64,000 nt of DNA from a virus (taxonomy: Duplodnaviria > Caudoviricetes). A program made the translations under genes and the position numbers. The DNA lies in IMG/VR virus record IMGVR_UViG_3300021962_000097, positions 788-64,787 of that record; one strand, 5' to 3'. The notes beneath the pieces are model-generated. The model searched no databases and was not told where the DNA came from. It was given only the letters and a program-made list of their open reading frames with translations. Of the stretch, positions 39,252-50,800 are shown piece by piece; the first letter of the stretch is position 1, and every line of letters starts with the position of its first letter.

Positions 39252-42200
39252 ATGAAATTCATTCGTAGACAAAACCTTAATACTCAAAATGCTCTTGATA
39301 AGAAAGTTTTAATAAAACCTAACGGTGATATTGAATTTAATCCAACATCATCAGTAACTGTCAACGGAGAATTTATCACTGTAGGTACACAGGTTGCAGG
39401 ACCTGAAGTTACGAATGTAATGTATGTTACCTTAGACGGTAATGATGATAACGATGGTAAGGGCGAAGGCCCTAAACAAGCTAAACGAACTATTAAATCA
39501 GCATGTGAAGCAGCTCAAGAAGGCACTACTATCTTTGTTAGAAGCGGAGAATACTACGAAGATAATCCTATTAGAGTTCCGCCAAAAGTAAGTATCATCG
39601 GAGATAATCTACGCAGAACAATTCTAAAACCATTAAATGGTACAACAAAATGGAATATAGCATTTGTTGAAAGAACTGATGGTGTTGTTACTGTTACTAC
39701 AGATGTTGAACACGACTTAAATGTGAAAGACAGAGTAAGAATAATATCATCTGAAGCCGGAATTGATGACGAGTGTGCAAACGTAGAAACTATTCCAGAC
39801 TCTATGTCGTTCACCTATATTGACTACGGAGATAATATTGCCTATGCAGCAGCCACAGGCACTGTAGAAAGAGGAACAGACTTCCTATTAGTCAACAGTC
39901 AAAATTATATTGCACAACTGGTATTCAAAGCTATACCTGCACCTGCCTATTGCGTTAATATTGATAATGATGCTGTTGTTGACACCTCTCCCTACATTCA
40001 AAACTGTTCTAATATTAATGGTCCCTGGATGAACAACGGCGAAGAATGGTTTCCATTTATCACAGAACAAAGAAACACCGCAGGTAGAATGGTAACTGGC
40101 CCTCGTCCATTATTAGACGACGAAATTGATCCGTTGTATCTAGATGTCTATGGTATTAATCAACGTGGTGCGGGTGGCGGCATGTTAATTGACGGTGACA
40201 GGTATAGTTCAGTTTCACCTATTAAGTCAATGGTAGCCGATGCATTTACACAAGTTGCACAAGGTGCTATAGGATTTCATATTACTAATTTTGGATACAT
40301 GCAGTTGGTATCTTGCTTTAATGTGTTCTGTCATATTGCTTATTATACAACCAAGGGCGGATATCTAAGTATATCAAACTCGGTATGTGACTTTGGTAAC
40401 TACGGATTTGTAGCTGATGGTTATTATAAAATTCCATACGATAGTGGAATTGTTTTATCTGACTATTATTCGTATGTTGCGTCGGTGACTATTAATAGCC
40501 CTGGTAGTCATTATACCATAGCTCCTATAGTCACTTTTGATCCTCCTACAATACTAGGAGGCTCACAAGCTCAAGGTACAGCAATCATAGATACATCAAC
40601 TGGATTATTAGTTGCGATCAGTGTTGATGATCCAGGAGCAGGTTATGATTTTCAACCTAATATTACACTAACTGGTGGAGGTGTAGATCCCTTACTAGTA
40701 CAAGGTAGTGCTACTGCTAATTTGTATAAAAATGAAACAATCACGGTCAGTAATCTAAGTAACAAGCCTCAAGTAGGTAGTATCATATTTTTAGAAAATG
40801 ATCCAACTAGTTACTATGTTACAGACACGGAAAATACAAACCAAGTTTTTACTTATAATGAAATAAAATGCCGACGCGATGTTGAACTTATTTTAGATGC
40901 AGTCTTAACTGATATGACGTTTGGTTCAAACTATGCTAGTACTGCTGCTGGATTATCATATTTAAGATCCTATTCGGCCAAGGTTACTAGTCTACAAAAA
41001 TCACAGACAATAGCAGGTCTAAACGAAGCAAGGGATCTCGCAATAGCGCTGACTGTAAATCTTACAGCTCAAACAGCCATAACTAATAATTTTGCCATCG
41101 TAACTGATATTATCGATAATGGATTAATAAGTGTACCGTCAATAAGTATTCCTAACGCTATAACTAGAGAAGATGGCTATTCACAAGCTAAAGATATACT
41201 CATAGCCAACAAGTTATTCATACAAGACGAAATTACTGCCTGGATTGCCTATAACTATAATGTATTAGACTACGACAGCATAACATGTTCACGCGATGTA
41301 GGATTAATTGTTGATGCATTGTGTTATGATTTAATGTTTGGATCTAATTTTAGGACTATAACAGCCGCACGTAGCTACTATAGAGCAGGCGCCGCAGTAG
41401 TTACACAACAACAAAAAGCAGCTACACTGGCAGCGTTTCGTTATTTAAAAACAATAGTAGCTGCAAAAATTACTGATAATGCAACTGCTAAAGCCAGTGT
41501 AGAAAATAACATGGATATTATTATTAATGTTCTTGAAAACGGGTTAGACGAAATTGGCGGGCTAATTAGACCAGATCCAACGGGATATAGTGTTAATTAC
41601 AAACTTGCAAGAAATTTAATTGAGGATAATAGAGACTTTATTAAAGCAGAAGTTAGCGCTTATCTTAATATTAATTGGACAGCAATATGGACAGCACTAG
41701 GTGCAACCGGTCAAGAAAAATGTCAACGAGATATTGGATACATTTTAGATGCACTATATTATGATCTTACCTATGGCGGCAATTTAGAAACTACTATTGC
41801 TGGTAACGCATATTATTCGTTTGCTGTACTGCAAATTGATCCTAGTGAAAAAGCAGCAACTTTAGATGCCTATGGTTACATGAAAACAATCATAGGAGAA
41901 ATTGCTCAAAATAATGACATTATTCAGCTACAAGGAACTGTACTACAAGTTACTGGGCTGCCTGGATCGCTGGCTGCGGCTAATGATGCAAAAGACTTAA
42001 TTCAAAATGTAATAGATATTATAGACACAGGTACTTATACTGAGGTAGAGCCGAGTATAACATGGGTAAGTGCTGCATTACAAGAAGAAAATACAGCACT
42101 TCAATATGCAAGAAGTTCTATACAAGATTCTGTAATCAAATATATTAACGCTAACAATTTTATCTACGATGTAAACACTTGTCGTAGAGATATTGATTAT

Positions 42201-44762
42201 ATCATCGATGCAATGGCCTATGACCTTGCCTACGGCGGCAACACAAAAACCGTTGATGCTGCTGCTGCATATCTTGAAGGCAGTGTTATTATAGGACAAG
42301 TAGAAGAAACTCTAGCAGCTTATACATATTGGAAAACTATAGTCGGCAACATTGTAAGAAATATTTCAATTACACCGACTCCTGGAAATAATACCAGCCA
42401 AGACACTAGTATTCCAAAAGGTTCTCCGGTCCCAGTTAGCGGTCCTGCTACTTATGCACAGGAGCTATTACAAATTGTCATAGATGTAGTTGATCATGGC
42501 ACAGGATATCTTCCGGATCCAGCTACTATGCCTGACTACACATTAGGCGATGGTGCATTAGCTGTTATCAGAACAGATATACTAAGCAATGTATCAGATA
42601 TACAAGATAGTGTTATCGATTATTTGAACAATTCTTATGGCGGAACTGTCGACATAAAAGTTTTCCCCCAAATTATCAGTATTGCAGCAAATACTACAGC
42701 AAGATTTCATAATGTTTCAACTGTTAGTACTGGTGGCACCGCACTAGAATACGTAGGCGCAGGAGTAACTTACAACGCATTGCCATTTTTTGGTGGAGAA
42801 CCAGTGCCTGCCAACGAACGTGTAGAGATTAATAACGGTAAATGTTTTACAGTTACAAATGATCAGGTGGGTAATTTCCGTGTTGGTTCGATATTTAATG
42901 TAAACGCATTAACTGGTGAAGTTACTATCGATGCTGAAAATATCGCTCTAAACGGCATTGCTAGCATTGGTCCCTTTAAAAGAAACGGTATACCTGTTGG
43001 TGTAATACTGAGAGAAATTAGCGATAGTCCTTTATTAATTAACAGTCAAGGAACGCAAGCCCACGATACTGTTCCAACGCAGTATGCAGTTAGCACCTAT
43101 GTAGAAACAAATTATCTTAATAAAGTTACGCTTAATGCTGAGACTGTGGCCAGTAACTCTATTACATTTAATGGAAGTATTGCAGTCAATGGCGGTACAA
43201 TAAGCACAACTTATAGTAATTTTACTTTAGTCAATTCTGGCGCAACAACTGTTAATTTTGCCGGTGAAGCAACAACTATTAATATCGGTGACGCTACTGG
43301 TACAGTATATATCAATGGTGATTTACAAATTAAAGGTGGAGATTTAACCACCAATCAAACAACATTTAATCTTTTAGATACTACTGCTACTACTATAAAT
43401 TTTGGTGGCGATGCTACGACTATCAGTATTGGTAAAGACAGTGGCACGACCACAGTTAATAACAATTTTAAAGTTAATATAAATTCAACTTTAGGTGATG
43501 ATACTACTGCACAAAACACGTTGAATGGCAAACTTACAAGTAACCTTCCAGATAATACTGGATCAGCTGTTGAATTTAAAGAAAGTACAAATAGTTACTT
43601 GAAGTTTGATACTTCAAACAGTCTCGAGCTTACTACTTTTGGACCAACACCATTAGTTGCATTTAAAAATTCTACAGATGCTAGCAGTACTACAACTGCA
43701 TCTACAACATTTGACGGTGGTGTTGGTATTGCTAAAAAATTATATGTTGGTACAAATTTAACAGTCAATGGAAGTGTTGCTTTAGGTGACGACAGAACAG
43801 CAGATATTCATACGATAGATGGTACACTTTCAGTTAATATTCCTGACAATACAGCTATAGCATTTCAAGTAAAAGAAAATACACAAACTTATATTACGGC
43901 AGTTACTACCAACGGCAGTGAGAGTGTAACAATTGAGTCAACTCCGCTACTACTAGTTAATAACTCTACCGATAACACGTTAGGCACAAATAACAGTGGA
44001 GCACTACAAGTTGCCGGTGGCGTAGGTATTACTAAAAACTTAACTGTTGGAAATGATTTAAGAGTAACTGGTAATACAGTAATGACTGGTGATTTAGAAG
44101 TTCGTGGCGGCGACGTAACTACTAACCAAACAACATTCAATTTATTAAACACTACTGCTACTACAGTTAATGCTTTTGGTGATGCTACTACAATTACCAT
44201 AGGTGCAAGTGGTGCTAATACATTCACACTAAATCATGGAACGCTAGTTGGAAGTCAAACGACACAAAATGTATTCAATACAGTGGCAACTACTGTTAAT
44301 GCATTTGGCGCAAGTACTACTACTTCTATCGGCTCTGCAATCAGCGGTACTACTACAATCAACTATGATGCCAATATTAAACATGACTTAACAGTTGATG
44401 GTGATCTGCAGGTTAAAGGCGGCGATTTAACCACTAATCAAACAACATTTAATTTATTAAACACTACTGCTACTACATTAAACATAGGCGGTGATGCTAC
44501 CACCGTCAATCTTGGCAAGAGTACAGGAACGGTAAATATTGGTGCGTTAACATTAGTCACTGATTTAGAAGTGCAGTATGGTGGTACAGGTGCAGGCACA
44601 TTTACAACAAATGGTGTAATTTACGGAAACAGTACAAGTGCTCTACAAGTCACTGCCGCTAGTAATCCAGGAAGCAATGCAACTACAAGTTATGGAATTT
44701 TAACCACAGACGGAACGAATGTTCCTGTCTGGACAGATGTGATAGATGGCGGTACTTATTAA
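39252..44762 (+). CDS. Large fibre/virion protein: parallel beta-helix (pectin-lyase-like) scaffold, four phycobiliprotein-like repeats, C-terminal fibre repeats
   Basis: Probable ATG at 39252; YVTLDGNDDNDG..RTIKSA..IFVRSGEYYEDNP..SIIGDNLR; SPYIQNCS; four CxRD repeats; repeated GDLQ.KGGDLTTNQTTFNLL. Confidence 0.85.
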   Translation: MKFIRRQNLNTQNALDKKVLIKPNGDIEFNPTSSVTVNGEFITVGTQVAGPEVTNVMYVTLDGNDDNDGKGEGPKQAKRTIKSACEAAQEGTTIFVRSGEYYEDNPIRVPPKVSIIGDNLRRTILKPLNGTTKWNIAFVERTDGVVTVTTDVEHDLNVKDRVRIISSEAGIDDECANVETIPDSMSFTYIDYGDNIAYAAATGTVERGTDFLLVNSQNYIAQLVFKAIPAPAYCVNIDNDAVVDTSPYIQNCSNINGPWMNNGEEWFPFITEQRNTAGRMVTGPRPLLDDEIDPLYLDVYGINQRGAGGGMLIDGDRYSSVSPIKSMVADAFTQVAQGAIGFHITNFGYMQLVSCFNVFCHIAYYTTKGGYLSISNSVCDFGNYGFVADGYYKIPYDSGIVLSDYYSYVASVTINSPGSHYTIAPIVTFDPPTILGGSQAQGTAIIDTSTGLLVAISVDDPGAGYDFQPNITLTGGGVDPLLVQGSATANLYKNETITVSNLSNKPQVGSIIFLENDPTSYYVTDTENTNQVFTYNEIKCRRDVELILDAVLTDMTFGSNYASTAAGLSYLRSYSAKVTSLQKSQTIAGLNEARDLAIALTVNLTAQTAITNNFAIVTDIIDNGLISVPSISIPNAITREDGYSQAKDILIANKLFIQDEITAWIAYNYNVLDYDSITCSRDVGLIVDALCYDLMFGSNFRTITAARSYYRAGAAVVTQQQKAATLAAFRYLKTIVAAKITDNATAKASVENNMDIIINVLENGLDEIGGLIRPDPTGYSVNYKLARNLIEDNRDFIKAEVSAYLNINWTAIWTALGATGQEKCQRDIGYILDALYYDLTYGGNLETTIAGNAYYSFAVLQIDPSEKAATLDAYGYMKTIIGEIAQNNDIIQLQGTVLQVTGLPGSLAAANDAKDLIQNVIDIIDTGTYTEVEPSITWVSAALQEENTALQYARSSIQDSVIKYINANNFIYDVNTCRRDIDYIIDAMAYDLAYGGNTKTVDAAAAYLEGSVIIGQVEETLAAYTYWKTIVGNIVRNISITPTPGNNTSQDTSIPKGSPVPVSGPATYAQELLQIVIDVVDHGTGYLPDPATMPDYTLGDGALAVIRTDILSNVSDIQDSVIDYLNNSYGGTVDIKVFPQIISIAANTTARFHNVSTVSTGGTALEYVGAGVTYNALPFFGGEPVPANERVEINNGKCFTVTNDQVGNFRVGSIFNVNALTGEVTIDAENIALNGIASIGPFKRNGIPVGVILREISDSPLLINSQGTQAHDTVPTQYAVSTYVETNYLNKVTLNAETVASNSITFNGSIAVNGGTISTTYSNFTLVNSGATTVNFAGEATTINIGDATGTVYINGDLQIKGGDLTTNQTTFNLLDTTATTINFGGDATTISIGKDSGTTTVNNNFKVNINSTLGDDTTAQNTLNGKLTSNLPDNTGSAVEFKESTNSYLKFDTSNSLELTTFGPTPLVAFKNSTDASSTTTASTTFDGGVGIAKKLYVGTNLTVNGSVALGDDRTADIHTIDGTLSVNIPDNTAIAFQVKENTQTYITAVTTNGSESVTIESTPLLLVNNSTDNTLGTNNSGALQVAGGVGITKNLTVGNDLRVTGNTVMTGDLEVRGGDVTTNQTTFNLLNTTATTVNAFGDATTITIGASGANTFTLNHGTLVGSQTTQNVFNTVATTVNAFGASTTTSIGSAISGTTTINYDANIKHDLTVDGDLQVKGGDLTTNQTTFNLLNTTATTLNIGGDATTVNLGKSTGTVNIGALTLVTDLEVQYGGTGAGTFTTNGVIYGNSTSALQVTAASNPGSNATTSYGILTTDGTNVPVWTDVIDGGTY
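40850..42640 (+). repeat. Four ~140-150-aa helical CxRD repeats
   Basis: Cys codons at 40869, 41286, 41721 and 42180 (spacing 139/145/153 aa): KCRRDVELILDAV, TCSRDVGLIVDAL, KCQRDIGYILDAL, TCRRDIDYIIDAM, each followed by D(L/M)x(F/Y)G(S/G)N. Confidence 0.9.
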
Positions 44763-44763
44763 C

Positions 44764-44806
44764 GGGTGACGAAAGTGTTAGCCCGGGGCGACGAAAGTCT
44801 TGACCC
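44764..44806 (+). repeat. Tandem 21-nt hairpin repeat in an intergenic leader
   Basis: GGGTGACGAAAGTGTTAGCCC / GGGCGACGAAAGTCTTGACCC, 17/21 identical, 22-nt period. Confidence 0.8.
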
Positions 44807-44826
44807 AACCTAGATAGGAAGAAGAG

Positions 44827-47800
44827 ATGGCGACAAAAATTAAGCATAAACGTTCCAGCGTACCTGGAAATAATCCAACCTCTGGACAGATTGACCAAGC
44901 AGAATTTGCGTTTAACACAGCAGACGGATCAATTTTTATCAAGAATGATGCAAACGACATCATTGAAATAACAGCAAATTTATACAAGAAAAATACCAGT
45001 ATTGCACTAACTGATACAGGAGTTGATGGAACCATCACTATGAAAGCTGATGGTGTGCAAACTATTCAATCTACTTCTACATTAACCAGCATTGGACAAG
45101 ATGTTAGTATTGAAGATGCAAAAGAATTACGACTAAAAGAACTAGCATCTAACGGATCAAATTATGCAGCTTTTAAAGCTCCTGATAATTTAGCCAGCAG
45201 TTATACATTTACCTTGCCTACTACTAACGGCAATTTAGGTCAGTTAATGGCCACTGATGGAAATGGACAATTATTTTTTACTGATTCAGATACATTTGGT
45301 GGTAACAGAGTTTATGTTTCGGCCAGTAAGGGCAATGACCTTAATGACGGTATTACTGCCCCAGTTTTGACCATTAAACGTGCTCTACAAATTGCCAGCG
45401 GATTAGTTTATACTTCGGGCAGTCTCGTTAACGGACAAAAAGTTAATGTTGTTGTAGCAGCCGGAGACTATACAGAACAAAACCCTTTGATTATTCCAGA
45501 TAACGTGACAGTAAAAGGAGATAGTCTTCGCTCGGTTGTAATACGTCCTGCTAATGCCAATCAAGACATGCTGCGTGTACGTAACGGGTGTTACTTTGGC
45601 GAATTTACATTTAGAGATGGTCTAAGTGGCGGTGTTCCTAGTTATACTTTCAACTATGCAGTTGCGTTTGATGACCCATTAGATGTAACTGCTTCTAGAA
45701 CTGGCTATACATATTTGCCTTCTACTAAACCAAAAATTACACAATCACCATACGTACAGAACTGTTCTATAATCAGTTTCTTAGGAGGAAACGGTGTACT
45801 AGTGGACGGCAGTAAGGTCGTAACACCTAACACTCCTACCAATCAAATTGAAGCTGAAAATCCAGTATTACTTGCACCGCCCGAGCAAGGTAAGAGTATG
45901 GTGGCTAACGCATTCACCATGTTGTCATTTGGTGGTACAGGATGGCGATTGATCAACGATGCTTATGCACAGATTGTATCATGCTTCCAAATTTTCATGT
46001 TAAATGGTGTTTATACACAAAGTGGAGGCTACTGTTCTATCACCAACTCCGCTACTAACTTTGGTTTATACGCACTTAGAGCCAGCGGTTATAGCAGTAG
46101 TGCATTTGAATTTGACAGAGGCTATATAGGTACAACTGGAACTATTGGTAGTACTCAAACAATTACTGCATTCGGGTGGACTAGAGTTGACGGACCAGTT
46201 AACGAATTTGTAGTTAGAGTTCGTGACGAATTAACCAATGCTGATTTAACCAGCACTTACAAAACATCACTGCCAGGATACTTATCTACAAGTTTTAATG
46301 CTGCCACAGATGTAAACACCGTAACTAACGTATTCACTATTACCAGTCACGGATTTCTAAACGGAGATGCTGTTGTATATGATTCAAATGGTGGTACTGA
46401 TATATCTCCTTTGTTTAGCGGAGAGCAATTTTACATTGGTTTCTTAACTGGCAATACATTTAAACTTTTTTATGATGATAGTCTTACAAGAGAAGTTGAT
46501 ATTATCAGTGTTGGTAGTGGAACTCAATACTTCAACAAACAAGATTATGAGATGTATGTTGAAGAAGTTATCGAAACACATAATCAATTTCAAACTCTTA
46601 CACTAGATGCTGGTAGTCCGTCTGGATATACTTTTAACATAGGTGATGTGATTCTAGGCACAACTGGCGGCAATCCTAACAACGCCTACGTCTATAGTTA
46701 TGACAGCATGACTAAAGAGTTAGTAGTGTGCGTCAACAAGGTAACTATTGGTCTTACTGAAACTAGAAATAATTTTACAACAGCCAGTCAAATAACCAGT
46801 GTAGACGGCGTAGCCGCTAGTTATTTTATGACATCTGGAGTTGCATCAAAATCAGATTTATACGGTGCAACATTTAAAATTAAGCCTTCAATCATAGGAG
46901 GTGCTTATACTAATCTTGTCACCCTTCCTGGAAAACAAATTTGGTTCCACAGACCAAGTATTACTAACTCATCTGGACACACTTGGGAATATGCAGGTAG
47001 CGGCACTGACTATAATGCCTTACCACAAAACGGCGGCAAAGGCGATCCGTTCTATGAACAAGTAGGACAAAATTTAGGAAAAGTTTATACATCTGGAACT
47101 AACGAACTCGGTGACTTTAAAGTTGGTAACTTTATTACTGCCTTTAACAGAACAGGTAACGTTACATTTACTAATAAAATCACAGTTGATACACTAGACG
47201 TTTTGAGACTAGGTGTAGGTGGAGTAACAGTTGAAACTATCAGTACTGACGTTGAACTAGGCGGCAACGAAACCGGAGGACCAAAAGATACAAGAATTAG
47301 TACTCAGCTGGCAATTTACAGTTATAATCAAATTCATCTTGGCAACGTTATTGACAAAAACGTCAGTACTAATGCAGTGCCCGGCTCGCTGGTACAGTTA
47401 AATTCTAATGGTCAAATTAACAGCGATCTTATACCAACATCAAGAAGTTTTAGCAGTTTTAGTTCTGCTGGTCTAAACAGTAGATTAAGTATTACAGATA
47501 ATATACCAGCAGGCGATGTGCTAGGCGGAGATATTGCCGTAGAAGCATTTTACCAACAAGAACTTGTATTAGATAATCCAATAACAGCAGCAGTAGGAAC
47601 GCCTGTTATTCAGACTACAGGTAACACTGCTACAACATCTATCACTTCAACTAGTAACTCATTTACTGTTACTCATACTGGAACGTTAGTAAACGGTACT
47701 TATGTATTGATAGAAGGTGTAACACCCTCTGCTTATAACGGCGTATGGTTAATTAATAGAGCTAGCTCAGGTACATTTACTGTTTTTACTAATATCAATC

Positions 47801-50800
47801 CTGGAACTGCTACAGTACAAGGTACAATTTATTATGGTGGTGCAAGCGGTAGACTAAAAGGGGCTTATACGGCTGCTACTAATGTTATTGTTGGCAGTGT
47901 GTTTAGCAATTTTAATACAGCTTTTGTTTCTGGAGCTAGCAATTTAATTATTGGCACCGATAGGACTCCTAGTGATACCAACACTGCTGTAACAATCAGC
48001 AGTGCTGCCGCAGCTACAACTGCAAGTTTAAATTATTTTTTAAATATTGCAACTTACTCACAATATTTTGTATTAGAAAATTCAGCGACACCAACATTTA
48101 CCAATGGTAGTATCAGCAAGGCTTTTAGGTATAGCAATGTTGGTTACATTACAACCGGTGCTGCACATAATTTTTCTACTGGTAATGAAACAAAAATTGA
48201 TGCAGGCACTGATGCTTTTGACGGCTCTGGTTATGTCACCGTTATTAGCTCAACAGAATTCAGCTACTCTAATACTGGAACTAGCACCACTGCCAGTGCT
48301 ACTACAACAGCAACAGCTACTCTAGTAGGTGTCACAGGTACTAGTACAACAGGCAGTGTGGCAGCAGCTAGTTTAACTGGAACAATTACCTTGGGTGATT
48401 ATGTATTTGGTGCCACATTACCTTACGGAGCCAAAGTAACGGCAGTTGATATGGCTGTTGATCCAAGAACATTTACTATATCATGGCCTTCAACAGCCAC
48501 CGTTACCGGTACTAGTACTGCAACTCTGACATTTATTACTCCGGCTGTTGAGACAGGAACAGTTCGTTCAGTATTAACAGCCAGTGATAACCAAGCTCAA
48601 GCAGAATTTGTTGAGTTAAGATCAGGAGTATTAACCAGTGTTAATAATTTATCTGGACTAACTGGAGGGAGTAGTTATGTAGCAGGTACATATTCTCGTG
48701 TACCGTTAATTAATCAAACAGTGGCGACTACTAGTATCAGCAGTACTGCTACGGTGGCAACCATCACTCACGGTACAACAGTTATTGGTACTTTTGTCAC
48801 AGGATCTACAGTGGTAATTGCAGGTACTACGGCCTCAAGCGGAAGCGCAGATCAATATAACGGCACATGGACAGTAACCAGCGGATCAAGTGGTTCATTT
48901 ACTATAACTGGTACATTTACCAACGGTGCAACAGCCAGCGTTCAAGGCACAATAGCCAGTGGTGTAGGAGAATGTGCCCTAGCAGATATAACTGTATCTG
49001 GTGCTGGTGCTGTTACTAATGTTGACTTAGTTTTTGGCGGTGCAAATTATGCGGTCGGCAGTACATTAACTACAAGTAATACATATCTTGGTGGCGCTGG
49101 CAGCGGGTTTAAAATAACTACTAGCGCAATAGAAAAAAGAGCCTATGTAAAATTAACTGGCGGCCAACAATTTATTGCAACAGCAGGGGCACCAGACTTT
49201 GTAGAAGAAAATGCCAGCGGAGTTTTAACTGCTACAGCAACAGCTACAGTGGTTGCAACATTTGATGCTCAATCAACAGGCGTTGGTGGCGGTGTTGACA
49301 CTGTACTCAATAGAATTACCACATTAGCCGCTCATGGATTTACTACAGGTGATCCGGTTATATACGATCCGGGAGTTGACCCTGCCATAGGAGGATTAAC
49401 CAGTGGAGAAGTCTATTACGTTAAAGTTATTACTGGTACAACAATAGAACTGTACCCAAGTTATGGTATAAGCACTATCATAGTTTTAACTACAAGTACA
49501 GGTGCAGGCCATACGTTGACAAGAAAAACAGTTGACATTGTTAATAACACAATAACTTTCCCTGCACACGGTTTTAATACTGGAGATGCATTCCGTATAA
49601 ACGGTGCTGATTTACCTTTCTTTAGTGGTGTTCAAGTAACTTCTGGTGCTCACTATTTTGTTGGATCAATTACAACAAACAGTTTTAGTGTACACGAATT
49701 AAGAAGCGATGCACTAGACAGTGTCAGTGGAGTAACTATTAATCCAGTTAATATTACTGCCATAGGATCTGGCACAATCACTATTACTAAAAACAATATT
49801 AAAATTACAGCAGTAGTTAATACTAGTAGCAATCTAAGCGATAATTGGAATAGTTTAACTACCAGTACTATTGATGCCAGCAGTATTATCAGCGGAATAA
49901 TTTCGACTACTAGACTAGCAACTGGAACTGCCAATAGCAGTACGTTTTTGAGAGGCGATAGCGTATGGAGTACTGTGGTACAAAGTGCAACACTAGCAGG
50001 CGGATCAGCACTGACATTAAGTGGTACTGGTGTAGGACCGTATACCGGCGCTTTAACTTTTGATGTCACTAAAGCAGATAAAACTGGAGGTAGCGGAGGA
50101 TATTCAACTACTGGTGTAGCCAGTTTTAACACAACTCAATTCTCAGTTGGTACAGGCGATACATTATCAGCTGGCCAGGTGTTAATTAAATCGGGTGTTA
50201 TTGATGCAGGTACACTTGACACTTATGATTCAAGTTATTTCTTAAATCCCAGCAACTTGACCAGTGCTGTGCCAGTGAACAAAGGCGGAACTAATTTAAC
50301 TTCATATGCCACAGGCGATACAATCTATGCCAGCGGTACAACGACATTAAACACTTTGAATATTGGTGTAGCAGACAGTGTTATGACCAGCACAGGCTCA
50401 GCACCACAGTGGAGCCAAGGATTGGCACTGGCTAAGAATTTAAGTACCAGCGCAGCAGACATTACTACAGCTAGCACCAGTGCAGCCACTGTGTTTAATA
50501 CTAATTCTACAGCAATAAAATTAGGCGGTGCTGCCAACAACGTCTACGTTGGATCGAGCACAGCAAGCCAATCACTAAGCTCAAATGTAAAAAGTTATAC
50601 AACTGCCGGGTCCGCTAGTACAACTGTAACGGTGAATGTTGGATTAACAGCATCAATTAGCACAGTGGAACGAGCTACAAATACAGCTACAATAACTACT
50701 GGTAGCAATCATGGATTGACAACAAATGATGTAGTCACGGTTGTGTGTACCAGTGACAGTTCATTCAGTGCTGTTGCAGTGTCAGTAACTGTTACAGGAT

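Noticed and set aside
44763-44826. Hammerhead ribozyme or mini-CRISPR reading of the tandem repeat
   Set aside because: TGACGA and GAAA overlap instead of flanking stem II and the core C is missing; only two adjacent copies with no spacer and no cas genes
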